DNA of 64,000 nucleotides. Source: Corallochytrium limacisporum Hawaii (taxonomy: Eukaryota; Protista; Pluriformea). The DNA lies in assembly GCA_002811645.1 (NCBI GenBank), contig PDIP01000036.1, forward strand, positions 266,985 to 330,984. The letters are read 5' to 3'. The notes beneath the pieces were generated by a model. That model had not been told where the DNA came from and did no database searches. It saw only the letters and a list, made by a program, of their open reading frames with translations. Each line of letters opens with the position of its first letter. The stretch's first letter is position 1. Below, in pieces: positions 46,696 to 56,692 of this stretch. The position numbers were made by a program, and so were the translations under genes.

Positions 46696-47400
46696 ATGAC
46701 GAGTAGTGCACGACACACTTGCCAACTGGCCTTTGAGGGCAAATACGACGATCTCATGCGAGATCTAGAAGATTCTCATGGTGAAAGGGCCAATGTAGTG
46801 GATGAAGATGGTCGCACGCCATTGCACTGGGCAATCAGTGGTGGACACCGCGCCATTGTGGAGACCCTGATTGAGAAGTATGGATGTAAAACAGACACAC
46901 CGGATGACAGTGGATGGTTACCGCTACACATTGCCACCTCAGTGGGTTCAATAGAGTTGGTCACTTTGCTGCTAGATCGCGGAGCTGATCCAAACCTTGC
47001 CAATGACACTGGCCAGACCCCTCTGCACTACGCAGCCAGCAAGAATCGCTCTGACATTGCACAGGTGCTTGTGAGGAGAAACGCCATGGTCAGCCCTCGG
47101 GACAACACGGGCTCGACCCCGTTGCACAGAGCAGCCGCCAAAGGTTATGTCAAAATCTGTAGGTTTCTCATGGATAAGGGAGCAAATCCAGACCAGGGGG
47201 ATAGCGTTGGCGACACGGCCGTTCACTTGGCCTGTGCAGAGAACCACGTCGATCTTGTCATGGACATGGTAGAACGGTATGGTGCGGACTACAAGGATCA
47301 CGAGAATGATGATGGAAAGGTCCCTGTCGACCTGGCGTCAAAGGCTCTCATCCGATTGCTCCTGGAGCACGAAGGACGAGAAGTTCCGGCAGACTTGTAA
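46696..47400 (+). CDS. PSMD10: Ankyrin-repeat proteasome assembly chaperone gankyrin/Nas6
   Basis: 234 aa made entirely of ankyrin repeats: DEDGRTPLHWA, DDSGWLPLHIA.S.G, GQTPLHYAASKNR, TPLHRAAAKG. Confidence 0.88.
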   Translation: MTSSARHTCQLAFEGKYDDLMRDLEDSHGERANVVDEDGRTPLHWAISGGHRAIVETLIEKYGCKTDTPDDSGWLPLHIATSVGSIELVTLLLDRGADPNLANDTGQTPLHYAASKNRSDIAQVLVRRNAMVSPRDNTGSTPLHRAAAKGYVKICRFLMDKGANPDQGDSVGDTAVHLACAENHVDLVMDMVERYGADYKDHENDDGKVPVDLASKALIRLLLEHEGREVPADL

Positions 47401-47454
47401 ACAATTAGATATAGTAGATTTGCATATTTTACAAAATTACTGTGTCGAGTTATG

Positions 47455-48675
47455 TTACCGAGATCCCATTAAATCCACTTCGAAGCATAGGGTAGCATTG
47501 GGGGGAATGACCGGAGGAGCGCCCCGGTGACCGTATGCCTGGTGTGCAGGAATGGTGAGGTGACGCTTACCGCCGACACGCATGCCCTCAACTCCGATAT
47601 CCCAGCCCTTGATAACTTCTCCACCTCCGAGGCGGAACTTGAAAGGCTTGCCCGAGGTGCAGCTGTCGAACATCTTCCCATTCTTCTGCAGAGTGCCCTT
47701 GTAATAAACACTTACATTCTGGCCCCGACGCACCAGGGCACCCTTGCCAATGCGCAGATCTTTAGCGATTGTGCCGCCTTTAAGCCGCATTGCTTTGGAC
47801 TCGGGCGGCTCCTGCTTCCGCTCTTGCTGCTTGGTCTCCGTTGGCTTGAGTGGTGTCTCTTTCTTGGAGTTCTGAAAAGCTTTGATGGCCTGCATGGGAG
47901 AGTGATGTTCATTGGCCGGGCTTCCTTTCTTCATCTGTTGATACTGTCGCGGGTTCCTTGCAGTAGAAGCAGGCTTGCTTGTCTCTTCGTCACTATCCTC
48001 TTCCTCATCATCATCAGTGGCATCGTCGCTGTCGTCGTCATCATCGTCTTCTGAGTCGTCGTTGTAGACGTCCCTTATATCAGCCTCAAATTCTTCATCG
48101 TCCTCTTCGTCACTGTCATCGTCCTCCTCTGCCATGAGGACCTTCTCCATAGCTTTCTTCGAGGACGAGCGGGGCTTCCTCATGCTCATGTCTCGCTCAT
48201 CCATTAGTGCTTCAAGATCTTTCTGAGACTTGCTGTTGGCTATTGCGTGTTCTTCAGCATCTCCTTCGCCACCATTTTCGCGGTTCGCATAATAGTCCAG
48301 ATCATCATCCGAATCATCGTCCGACATGGCCGTTTGGTCACGTAGACTGGCACTTATGTACTTGCCTGTGATGTCCACGTCAATCTCTGCCGGTCCAATA
48401 ATTTCGAATTCCACCTTGTCTCCAATGTCAGCAGTGAATGCTGCATTTCCCTGTAGTGCACTAGCCTGGAAGTGGGCCACTGGGACCTTAATATTGTTCA
48501 CATTGGCCCAAATCTGAATGGATCCCTTACACTTTGTTGCGTCTCGCTTCGGATTGTGTACAACAACAGAACTAATGGTAAAGGCTTGCGTAACGTACTG
48601 TGTGTACTTGACCCCGGGAGTAAGGGTTAGTCCAAAGAAGCCCCATCCCGGGCCGTCACCTCCTATGGCCGGCAT
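47455..48675 (-). CDS. Nucleoplasmin-like FKBP (Fpr3/Fpr4/FKBP39 type histone chaperone and PPIase)
   Basis: N-terminal NPL beta domain (FFGLTLTPG...VDITGKY), acidic tracts, C-terminal FKBP (VYYKGTL..GKMFDS...VIKGWDIG...IPPNATLCFEVDL). Confidence 0.9.
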   Translation of the reverse strand: MPAIGGDGPGWGFFGLTLTPGVKYTQYVTQAFTISSVVVHNPKRDATKCKGSIQIWANVNNIKVPVAHFQASALQGNAAFTADIGDKVEFEIIGPAEIDVDITGKYISASLRDQTAMSDDDSDDDLDYYANRENGGEGDAEEHAIANSKSQKDLEALMDERDMSMRKPRSSSKKAMEKVLMAEEDDDSDEEDDEEFEADIRDVYNDDSEDDDDDDSDDATDDDEEEDSDEETSKPASTARNPRQYQQMKKGSPANEHHSPMQAIKAFQNSKKETPLKPTETKQQERKQEPPESKAMRLKGGTIAKDLRIGKGALVRRGQNVSVYYKGTLQKNGKMFDSCTSGKPFKFRLGGGEVIKGWDIGVEGMRVGGKRHLTIPAHQAYGHRGAPPVIPPNATLCFEVDLMGSR

Positions 48676-48954
48676 GTTAGATTAGGTAAAGTGCGAATGT
48701 GGGAATGCAGCCCCCTAGTGGTCTCCGACCATGTTTCGGACACGTAGAGTGATACTCTGTGTGTCTCATTATTTGTAGTGTATCAGTACCATTATAATCT
48801 TTATAGCCAAACGGCCAAACGTAAGTGTATCGACAAATCAACAAAACAAAAACGGAAATAGGGACGTAGTTTATGACCATCGAAAGCATGTTCACGCAAG
48901 CTTGCCACTTCTTCCCTTGGCATCCCGCCCGGTGTCGCCAGTGGCCAATCCCGG

Positions 48955-48977
48955 CCCCCCCCCCGGGGGGGGGGGGG
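48955..48977. promoter_or_regulatory. C10G13 tract about 280 bp upstream of the FKBP start
   Basis: Same CnGn element as at 1219 and 17534. Confidence 0.4.
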
Positions 48978-49218
48978 CGGGCGTACGGACCCGCACCCCA
49001 CCACGCGGATAAAAGGTGGTGTCTTTGGTCCGGTTTCCACAGCCGAGGAAGACGAGTTGATCAGCGCCCACCTTCCCTGGATTTCCCCCTCTGTCTCAAA
49101 ATTCAACTTGGCAGAATCACAAAGACTTGTTCAAACAGTGCTACAAAGCCAAAAGTGTGTCTACTCAATTATATGCGTGTTGCTGACGCTTAGATCGGTT
49201 TAGGACGTTCTTCGGCGA

Positions 49219-52200
49219 TCAAAAAGCATCAGCAGGGTCTGGGTACCACTGGCGATGCTCCTGGTACCATTCGTTTATATCACCAAAGATGTGTTCGAAG
49301 CCCTCAGGATCTTCCTCTGGCACTTTCCCAGATCCGAGCAACCAAACACACATCTTGCGATTCTTTGTGAGATCTTTCCAATCATTCACGATGTCCTCAC
49401 CTGTGATTTTCAATGTGTTGTCTTCGCCATGTTGAGCCGCATTTTTGAGCTCATATGGCATCGCAAATTCGAAACGTCCAGTACGAATCTCGTCCCAGAA
49501 TTGAGACAGTCGTTGATCATCTAACTTCAAGAGCCCGTCCAAGTCATTTGCATAGCCACTGACGAGGTCCTCGTAGCCCTCGTTCACAAGTCCGGTGTCC
49601 TCAGAGAACAGTTTCCCGCCGACAAGGTAGTCTTCTATGAACTGATCAATGTCTTTCTGCACCTCGGTGGGCTCGTGATCGCCTTGAATGACAACTTGGA
49701 AGAAAGAGAATGGATATATAGTGACACTGAAAGCACTGGCGACGTATCCCAGCTGCTTCTTGGTTCGCATGACATCAAAAAATTCTTCACGCACCGCACG
49801 TTCAAGCAAGTCTAGAGTCGCCAGTTCCGAAACAGTCAGGCGCCAACCCATAGGGTAGACACAAGAAACAACGTTTGTCTCCTGTATTGCAGGAAGTGCT
49901 TGCATGTACAGAATAGTCTCATCGTCATGCATATCAGCAGCGCGATTGAGATCGAAGCGAGGCGCAGCGGAGTTCTCATCAACTACAGGAGGTGGTCCAA
50001 AGACAGAGCGCACGCTTACGGCCCATAAATTCGCCTCACTCTCAGCTACATTTCCGTGGCTGAGCATGTCAATGTCAAACCCAGCGGTCAGAATCTTATC
50101 CCAAGTTGTTAGCACATCCTCACGAGTTATTTTATCAAGAATGGCCAGGTCTTGCTCATAGGGAACAGTACCTTCGATCAGCAAGCTACGCATAACATGA
50201 CCGACTACCTTGTATCCTAATCCGTACATATGGTCCTCTACGTTGGTCCGGAGAATACTAAGTGCATTCTGAAAATCCCCTTCAGGTAAGGAATATGTGT
50301 GTAAAGATCCAACTACCTGAACCATGAGCATGTCAAGTCGGTCACGAGGGCCGGTAAACAGAAGTTGAATACCAGATGACGTGGATGACATTTCAAAAGT
50401 GAAGTCTGCTTGGCGAGCGTATTCATACGTTTCGCTATCACTGACGGCCCACGCGTTCAGAATCACCCGGAGATGCATGTACTCCTCTGCGGTCGCATCA
50501 GCCACAACGGTAGAGCGGGCGTGAATATTGAAGTTTACAATCGGCGATTCATTGGTCATGTTGTTGTAGTAAATGAGGCGGGTGTCCACACGCTCATCTG
50601 GCCCAAGTCCGCTCGGATAGTGCGTCTCTGGATATGCAAAGGGAGTAATGACGTTCTTGGCGTTGAGGTCAACAACGGAGGGGCCCATTCTATCTGCCGG
50701 GGCAAAGGGGTTACCCTGTGGCAACCGCAGCTTCTTGTGCCACAGTTCGGGATCTGCAGCGTCACTTCTCCACTTGTCGACAAGACCAGCTTGATCGTAC
50801 ATAATGCTCTTGCTTTGAATACTATACCACTTGTCGACGCTCCATGTGTCGTCGTTAGCAACATCACTGACGGTTGCATCCGTGTCTGGGGGATATTGGT
50901 ACGGTCCATCTGTAGAGTTAAAAAAGACAGTGACTGTGTTCTCAATGGTCAATCTGTCTACGAATTCCTTGACGCTGTCCTTCTTCCACTCATGGACGCT
51001 TGGCGCGCCAAACAATTCCTGTGTCGGTGTCTTCAAGTATTGCATCTGGGCAGCTAGGTTACTAGCTTCAACTTCCGTCTTGTCTGGCAGCTGCCAATTG
51101 AAAGCGGTCGAAGAGATGCGTTCCAGCTCCCTCCAGCGCCATTGGGCATCATCACTATTTTCGTCCGTTTGGTTCTGGAGCTTAAACGTATCCCGAATCA
51201 GGTCCACGTATGTTGCGACCAGAGCCATGGTGAGGTCGATAGATTTGGCTTGGGCACCAGTGTCTGTGAGCACAATATTCAGTTGCACGATGGTCATATC
51301 GAAAGTTTGCTCGTCAATCGAGAATGAGACCTCGTCTGCCAGGCTTGCGCTACGGAGCACCGATGGCAAGGCGTGCTCTGCTTCATTGGCAAGGAAGCTG
51401 GACAGAAATTTGGTTAGCAGCAGGCTAGAGTCCTCAACAAGAGACCCTGGTAGATCTGGCCAGAATATATGCAGTGACCGCGAACCCGAGGTAACTGGGA
51501 CCATGTTGATCCACTGTCCCAAATTGACCCCGGCTTTGTACGCTGGTGGAGAATCCCTCTCCATGTTTTGTTCATCAGATTCCACATATTCATCGAAACC
51601 TGCTTTTGCAGCGGTGTCGTCTTGCTTGGGGACGTCAGCGAGGGCATCGCTCATTATTTTCTCCAATTGGTCCAAGGTCATGTCGGCCGTCGCAATTGCA
51701 ACTGCGTGCAAGTTACTTGCATGGTAGTGAGTCTGGTAGAACTGACGAAGTTGATCCACTATATCATCTTGACTAAGAGTTTCCGTGCTTCCTGTGCCAA
51801 ACGAGTTCAGCCGACTTTCTTCGGTTGCGTAGTTCTGGAGAGTTTGGTACAGTCGCCACTCGTCCTGCACCTGATTCTTCTGATGCTCACTAGCCACGGC
51901 CTGCTTCTCGCGAGCTGCGCCGCTCTCGGCCAAATTTGCACTCTTGAAGAAGGAGGAGAGTCGCTTGATGCCCTCTTCGAGGAAAGGCGGGTCGACAGAG
52001 AAGTAGTAGTTCGTATTGATACCCGAAGTGTATGCATTGGAGTAGCCCGCATGCTGTGCCAGGAACTTAGAGTACTCATCCTCACCCGGATATTCTTTGG
52101 TGCCCATGAAAAGCATATGTTCCAGAAAATGAGCAAGACCAGGTGTTTGGTCGGGGTCGGAATACGAGCCCGTGCCGACGTTGACGGCCATGGCTCCCTT

Positions 52201-52833
52201 GCTGGCGTCAATATCAATCACAGCGAGGCACTGTACACCACTAGGAGCTCTGAATAGACGATAGTGGCGACGACCAGTAGCACTCAACGGCCGGACAATA
52301 TTGCTTCGGTTCTCGGCAGGCTCTGAAGCGTTGTCCGCACCATCAAGGGGGTTCCTCAAATAATTGGTGTCAGAACCGTTCACAGCAGGTGCTGGGCTTG
52401 TACTCGTCTCTGTTACTGTGGTCGTCTCTGTGACATGCTCAGCGGTGTCCTTGCCTTGGTTCTCAACCGTTGTGGTAACGGTGGTGGTGCTCGTCTCCGT
52501 TTCTGTTGTTGTCGTCATTGTAAGGGCGTCTTTGCTGCCGTCGTTGCTGGCACCATCGCCGGCATCCCCTGCCGGAGGAACGCTATTTTCGGTAGCCATT
52601 GTGATGATCACAATCATCAGCAGTACGAGACCACCGGCAGTGAGTAATACAATAGTGATGCGCTTCCGGCTCGCCTTGCAGATCTGTCCTAAGAACCCAC
52701 TCGTTCGGGCGCCCGGGTTGAAGTCAACCTCGAATGGCTGAGCTCCCGTGGGTGCTGGGAGCTCTGTATCACCGTCCCACAGGTCATCGTCATTGTCCAT
52801 CAGACGATGGCCATTCCGTCCACCTCGGGGCAT
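49219..52833 (-). CDS. M16A insulinase-family metallopeptidase with N-terminal signal-anchor
   Basis: GS.SDP...GLAHFLEHMLFMGT..YP inverted zinc motif, NAYT, and downstream SEH. TM ITIVLLTAGGLVLLMIVIITMA follows RKR and precedes a Thr-rich stalk. First in-frame ATG is 52833. Confidence 0.92.
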   Translation of the reverse strand: MPRGGRNGHRLMDNDDDLWDGDTELPAPTGAQPFEVDFNPGARTSGFLGQICKASRKRITIVLLTAGGLVLLMIVIITMATENSVPPAGDAGDGASNDGSKDALTMTTTTETETSTTTVTTTVENQGKDTAEHVTETTTVTETSTSPAPAVNGSDTNYLRNPLDGADNASEPAENRSNIVRPLSATGRRHYRLFRAPSGVQCLAVIDIDASKGAMAVNVGTGSYSDPDQTPGLAHFLEHMLFMGTKEYPGEDEYSKFLAQHAGYSNAYTSGINTNYYFSVDPPFLEEGIKRLSSFFKSANLAESGAAREKQAVASEHQKNQVQDEWRLYQTLQNYATEESRLNSFGTGSTETLSQDDIVDQLRQFYQTHYHASNLHAVAIATADMTLDQLEKIMSDALADVPKQDDTAAKAGFDEYVESDEQNMERDSPPAYKAGVNLGQWINMVPVTSGSRSLHIFWPDLPGSLVEDSSLLLTKFLSSFLANEAEHALPSVLRSASLADEVSFSIDEQTFDMTIVQLNIVLTDTGAQAKSIDLTMALVATYVDLIRDTFKLQNQTDENSDDAQWRWRELERISSTAFNWQLPDKTEVEASNLAAQMQYLKTPTQELFGAPSVHEWKKDSVKEFVDRLTIENTVTVFFNSTDGPYQYPPDTDATVSDVANDDTWSVDKWYSIQSKSIMYDQAGLVDKWRSDAADPELWHKKLRLPQGNPFAPADRMGPSVVDLNAKNVITPFAYPETHYPSGLGPDERVDTRLIYYNNMTNESPIVNFNIHARSTVVADATAEEYMHLRVILNAWAVSDSETYEYARQADFTFEMSSTSSGIQLLFTGPRDRLDMLMVQVVGSLHTYSLPEGDFQNALSILRTNVEDHMYGLGYKVVGHVMRSLLIEGTVPYEQDLAILDKITREDVLTTWDKILTAGFDIDMLSHGNVAESEANLWAVSVRSVFGPPPVVDENSAAPRFDLNRAADMHDDETILYMQALPAIQETNVVSCVYPMGWRLTVSELATLDLLERAVREEFFDVMRTKKQLGYVASAFSVTIYPFSFFQVVIQGDHEPTEVQKDIDQFIEDYLVGGKLFSEDTGLVNEGYEDLVSGYANDLDGLLKLDDQRLSQFWDEIRTGRFEFAMPYELKNAAQHGEDNTLKITGEDIVNDWKDLTKNRKMCVWLLGSGKVPEEDPEGFEHIFGDINEWYQEHRQWYPDPADAF

Positions 52834-53365
52834 TGTCGTTTCTGGTGATGGGTCGTGTTGATGCTTGAATGTGGTCTTGAATGCTTTCCCCAATAGTTCA
52901 CACTTACATTCTATTCGAATTCCCGGACAATGACAACGCCAACGGTGACTGCAGCAAACGACGCCCCATGAACTCAAGTGTTAAGTAACCAAACTGATCA
53001 CAAACGGGGTTGCCACTCTCCATCCTGTGCTCCCAACAAGGGCTCCAATATCTTCATACCGAAAGACGAAATCTGTGCTCATCCGGACCCCAAATCTGGG
53101 GTCGCCACAACCTGATTGGGAGCGGTCAAATCACCACGGGGCGTTACCCCTCCCCAAGCGAGCGGTCGGCGGACCAGACATTGGACCGGAGAGACGGCCA
53201 GCTTGGGGATAGGGACGAGGGGGAGGCACGTATGTTCGCACAGCCCAGAACCCAGACTGCAAGTCGGGAGGCGCCGACAGAGGCCGGCCGATGTCGACCA
53301 AGGCACAGCGTGCAGGACGCAGAGCCCGCAAGCCACTGAGGGACACCCCATCCCCCCGCCGGGGG

Positions 53366-53543
53366 NNNNNNNNNNNNNNNNNNNNNNNNNNNNNNNNNNN
53401 NNNNNNNNNNNNNNNNNNNNNNNNNNNNNNNNNNNNNNNNNNNNNNNNNNNNNNNNNNNNNNNNNNNNNNNNNNNNNNNNNNNNNNNNNNNNNNNNNNNN
53501 NNNNNNNNNNNNNNNNNNNNNNNNNNNNNNNNNNNNNNNNNNN
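53366..53543. other. Assembly gap (178 N)
   Basis: N run between CCCCCCGCCGGGGG and C7G16. Confidence 1.
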
Positions 53544-55007
53544 CCCCCCCGGGGGGGGGGGGGGGGAGCCTTCTTCGCTCCCACCAGAACAACAACAGAC
53601 TCCGCGACCAATCTATACCCCTCGTAAGTCTTCCCAATTGGTATGTTTGTTTTAGCTTTTTCATCTAATTTGCATTCTTTAACGTAATCCCCCTGTTTCA
53701 ACCACATACCACTTGTTCCGCTCCTTGTTCATTGGTGGTACGCGCCTCCTTTCCGCATTTTTCCCTGTTCGTTTTCCTCACCGTCTCTCTGATCCCGCGG
53801 CGTACTTTCCGTTCAGAACCTCGCAGCTGGCTTCACTTCTGCTCGACGGTATTTTGCCCTGGGGCCCCCGCAGAGAAGATAAGCGTGGAAACCTGACACT
53901 TTTTGATCGCTGCTTACATTCTTGTGGCTGGTGGACTCTGGGAAGCCCAGGTGGTTTTGAGGGGAACTTGTGGTTGGTGATGTGAATGTGCGTGTGGGTG
54001 CGAGAGTAGTGGTCAACTCGGGAGGACACACACACGGCACGGCTCATCCGCAAGGGTTCTCAATGATGGGGCGATGAAAGGGTGATGGCCGTCCCAAGGG
54101 GCCCCCGGGAGGAAAAGCGAAAAGGAGGGCAGCGGGGTTTGTTGTTGAGCGTGCCGGAAGAGAGGAAAAGAGGAGATCCCAAGCGGGGGTTGCCTACTGT
54201 TGCTGCTATTGCTGCCGGTCCTCTCAATTTTTATTCATTTCCGGGAGTCAGACATGGCAGCTGCGGGGAGCCGGTTGCTCTAACAGCTCTAGCATACTGC
54301 GCGGCACCAACCGCATGCCATCTCCGAACAGCCGCAACACCAGCATCAGGGTTGGGACGTCGGGTGGGTCTGGGCTTTACAGCCAGCGGGGCTTTACTGG
54401 GTATCAGCACTGCTGTGCATCGTTTTGCGTGCATGCTAGAGGCCGCGATGGTCCCTCTCAGTGGAATTTGGGCCACTTATGGGGATCAACCACCGACTGT
54501 TTGGTGTAAATAGTTCCGCCGACAACCTAAACTTGCAGGCGACGATGCCAATCACCGACAAAAAGGGAAATGGCCCCGTTTCTGCTGGTCTCACCGTGCC
54601 CTGTGAAGATCTCCCCATACAATAACTACCGCCACAACAGCAAAGTGGTGATCTCGAGAGGGAATGGGAAGAGATGGGGACGAACACTGTGATTCGCAAG
54701 AGTGCGTAGGAATGAGCAGGACTCATTCGACAGTGTTCGGTTTGCGAAAAGTTGCGATGACATACAATGCGGGAAGGCGTGTGGTGGTGTGGTATCATGT
54801 CCTTGCATGGAAGACCAAAGGGTAGCATGACACTGAAGGTAGAAGTTAATGCCAGGTTTCGTGTGGAAGCGTAGAGGCCAGTGCGTCCTCCATAGCAATC
54901 GTTCAAGTTTCAAGTTTAACTTCGCCGGAGCACAACAGGATGAAGTTGAGGCTTAGCAGGGGAGGTGCATAGCTGAAACAACATCAAGACACGACTCAAC
55001 ATACACA

Positions 55008-56621
55008 ATGAGTGAAGGAGGCAAAGAAAACGGTTCTGCCACTGACCTTAACCGGGCGGGGAATCAGCATGATGACAAAGAACATAAGCAAGCAGAGCTC
55101 ATGGCCCAGCGCATTGATTCGATCACTGGGCGTCGGGTTAACAGCATGGAGAAAATGATCGAAAAATTGAGGCATACTAGTGGTAAGCACAACAATTTTG
55201 ATCACAGTGGGAGTACGTCGAAGCACGGTGATGCTTTCTTGCCAGCTGCACGTCGCAGGGACTCCACCATAGCTACTCTCAATCGATGCAGCAGTTCGAG
55301 TGTCTTCAGACTTTCCACAAAGTCTGATCTGTATACCGAGAAAGCGCTCATTCTGGTCATGGTTGGACTTCCAGCACGGGGTAAGAGTTTCCTGTCACAG
55401 CGGATTGTACAGTATTTCAGGTGGAAAGGAATTAGCGCTAGATTATTCAATGTGGGAAACAAACGTCGCGTAGCAGCTACTGGTGAGCAAGATGCCAAAT
55501 TCTTCAGTGCAGAAAATAAGAATGCAGCGAAGCAAAGGGATGAGCTCGCTATGGAAGTGTTGGACGAGCTTCTTGATTGGATCGGGGACGGTGGACAGGT
55601 TGCAATCTTTGATGCTACGAACACAACCAAAGCTCGGCGCAACATGGTCCGCGATCGGACGTGTAACCATTCTACCGATCCACAAGTTGTATTTTTGGAA
55701 TCGATCTGCGATAATGATGATGTCATCCAACGCAACCTGCGGCAGAAGATTCGAAACTCGCCCGACTATAGAGATAAAGATGAGGAGGCTGCGTTGCGGG
55801 ACCTGAACCAACGCATTGCCAACTATAAGAAGGTCTACGAACCGGTCGACGATGCTGAAGAGGCCAGCTATCTAAAACTCATCAACATGCAATCCAAGGT
55901 AATCATCAACAAGTGCTATGGAACAAAAATTCAGCAGCTAGTCGCACTCATGATGGCCACTTGGGTTGGAGACCGAAGCATCTATCTTTCCCGCGCAGGC
56001 GCCACAGAGAAGATCAGCCAAGAAGAACTGGACGAACTGGAAGACAATGGCTCCATCAGCAGCTTCAAATCTCGTGCAGCATTTACGGACAGTCTTCCGT
56101 TGTCACAAACTGGCCGGGAATATGCAGAGGACCTTGCGGAATTTATGCACCGGGAACTCCGCGACGAAGTAGATGATTTGAAGATCTACACTTCCACCTT
56201 ACCGCGTGCTATACAAACAGCACAACCGCTCCAGAAAGATATCAAGACCATGTCTTCGTTGAATCCACTTGATACAGGAATTTGTCATGGTATGACAGTC
56301 GAAGAGATTAGAAAGGAGATGCCTGAGGAGTACGCCAAGTTCATTGCCGATCCTTTTAACTACACGATTCCCGGCGGAGAGAGCTTTAAAGATCTGATTC
56401 ACGCTGCGGAAAATCTCATCATCGACATCGAGCGCCAGCGGGCCCCTGTTTTGATCGTCTCTCATTTGAGTACCCTGCAGATTATTCTTGGTTATTTCGG
56501 TGGGTTAGACTTTACGGACTCCTTGAGAACTCCCATTCCGGCTCATTCGGTGGTCAAAATTACCCGGACAGTTGAAAAGATTGGTGTGCATGTGTCCTGG
56601 ATGGATATTCACGAGAGCTAA
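55008..56621 (+). CDS. 6-phosphofructo-2-kinase/fructose-2,6-bisphosphatase family protein (phosphatase domain degenerate)
   Basis: MVGLPARGKS P-loop, FNVGN.RR, AIFDATNTT..RR. The C-terminal histidine-phosphatase fold has RAG in place of RHG. Confidence 0.92.
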   Translation: MSEGGKENGSATDLNRAGNQHDDKEHKQAELMAQRIDSITGRRVNSMEKMIEKLRHTSGKHNNFDHSGSTSKHGDAFLPAARRRDSTIATLNRCSSSSVFRLSTKSDLYTEKALILVMVGLPARGKSFLSQRIVQYFRWKGISARLFNVGNKRRVAATGEQDAKFFSAENKNAAKQRDELAMEVLDELLDWIGDGGQVAIFDATNTTKARRNMVRDRTCNHSTDPQVVFLESICDNDDVIQRNLRQKIRNSPDYRDKDEEAALRDLNQRIANYKKVYEPVDDAEEASYLKLINMQSKVIINKCYGTKIQQLVALMMATWVGDRSIYLSRAGATEKISQEELDELEDNGSISSFKSRAAFTDSLPLSQTGREYAEDLAEFMHRELRDEVDDLKIYTSTLPRAIQTAQPLQKDIKTMSSLNPLDTGICHGMTVEEIRKEMPEEYAKFIADPFNYTIPGGESFKDLIHAAENLIIDIERQRAPVLIVSHLSTLQIILGYFGGLDFTDSLRTPIPAHSVVKITRTVEKIGVHVSWMDIHES

Positions 56622-56692
56622 GGTATAACACGTTCGTTTACTTCTATGCCTTCCATGTATTGTACAAGTTTAATCACATACACTCGTTTCCT

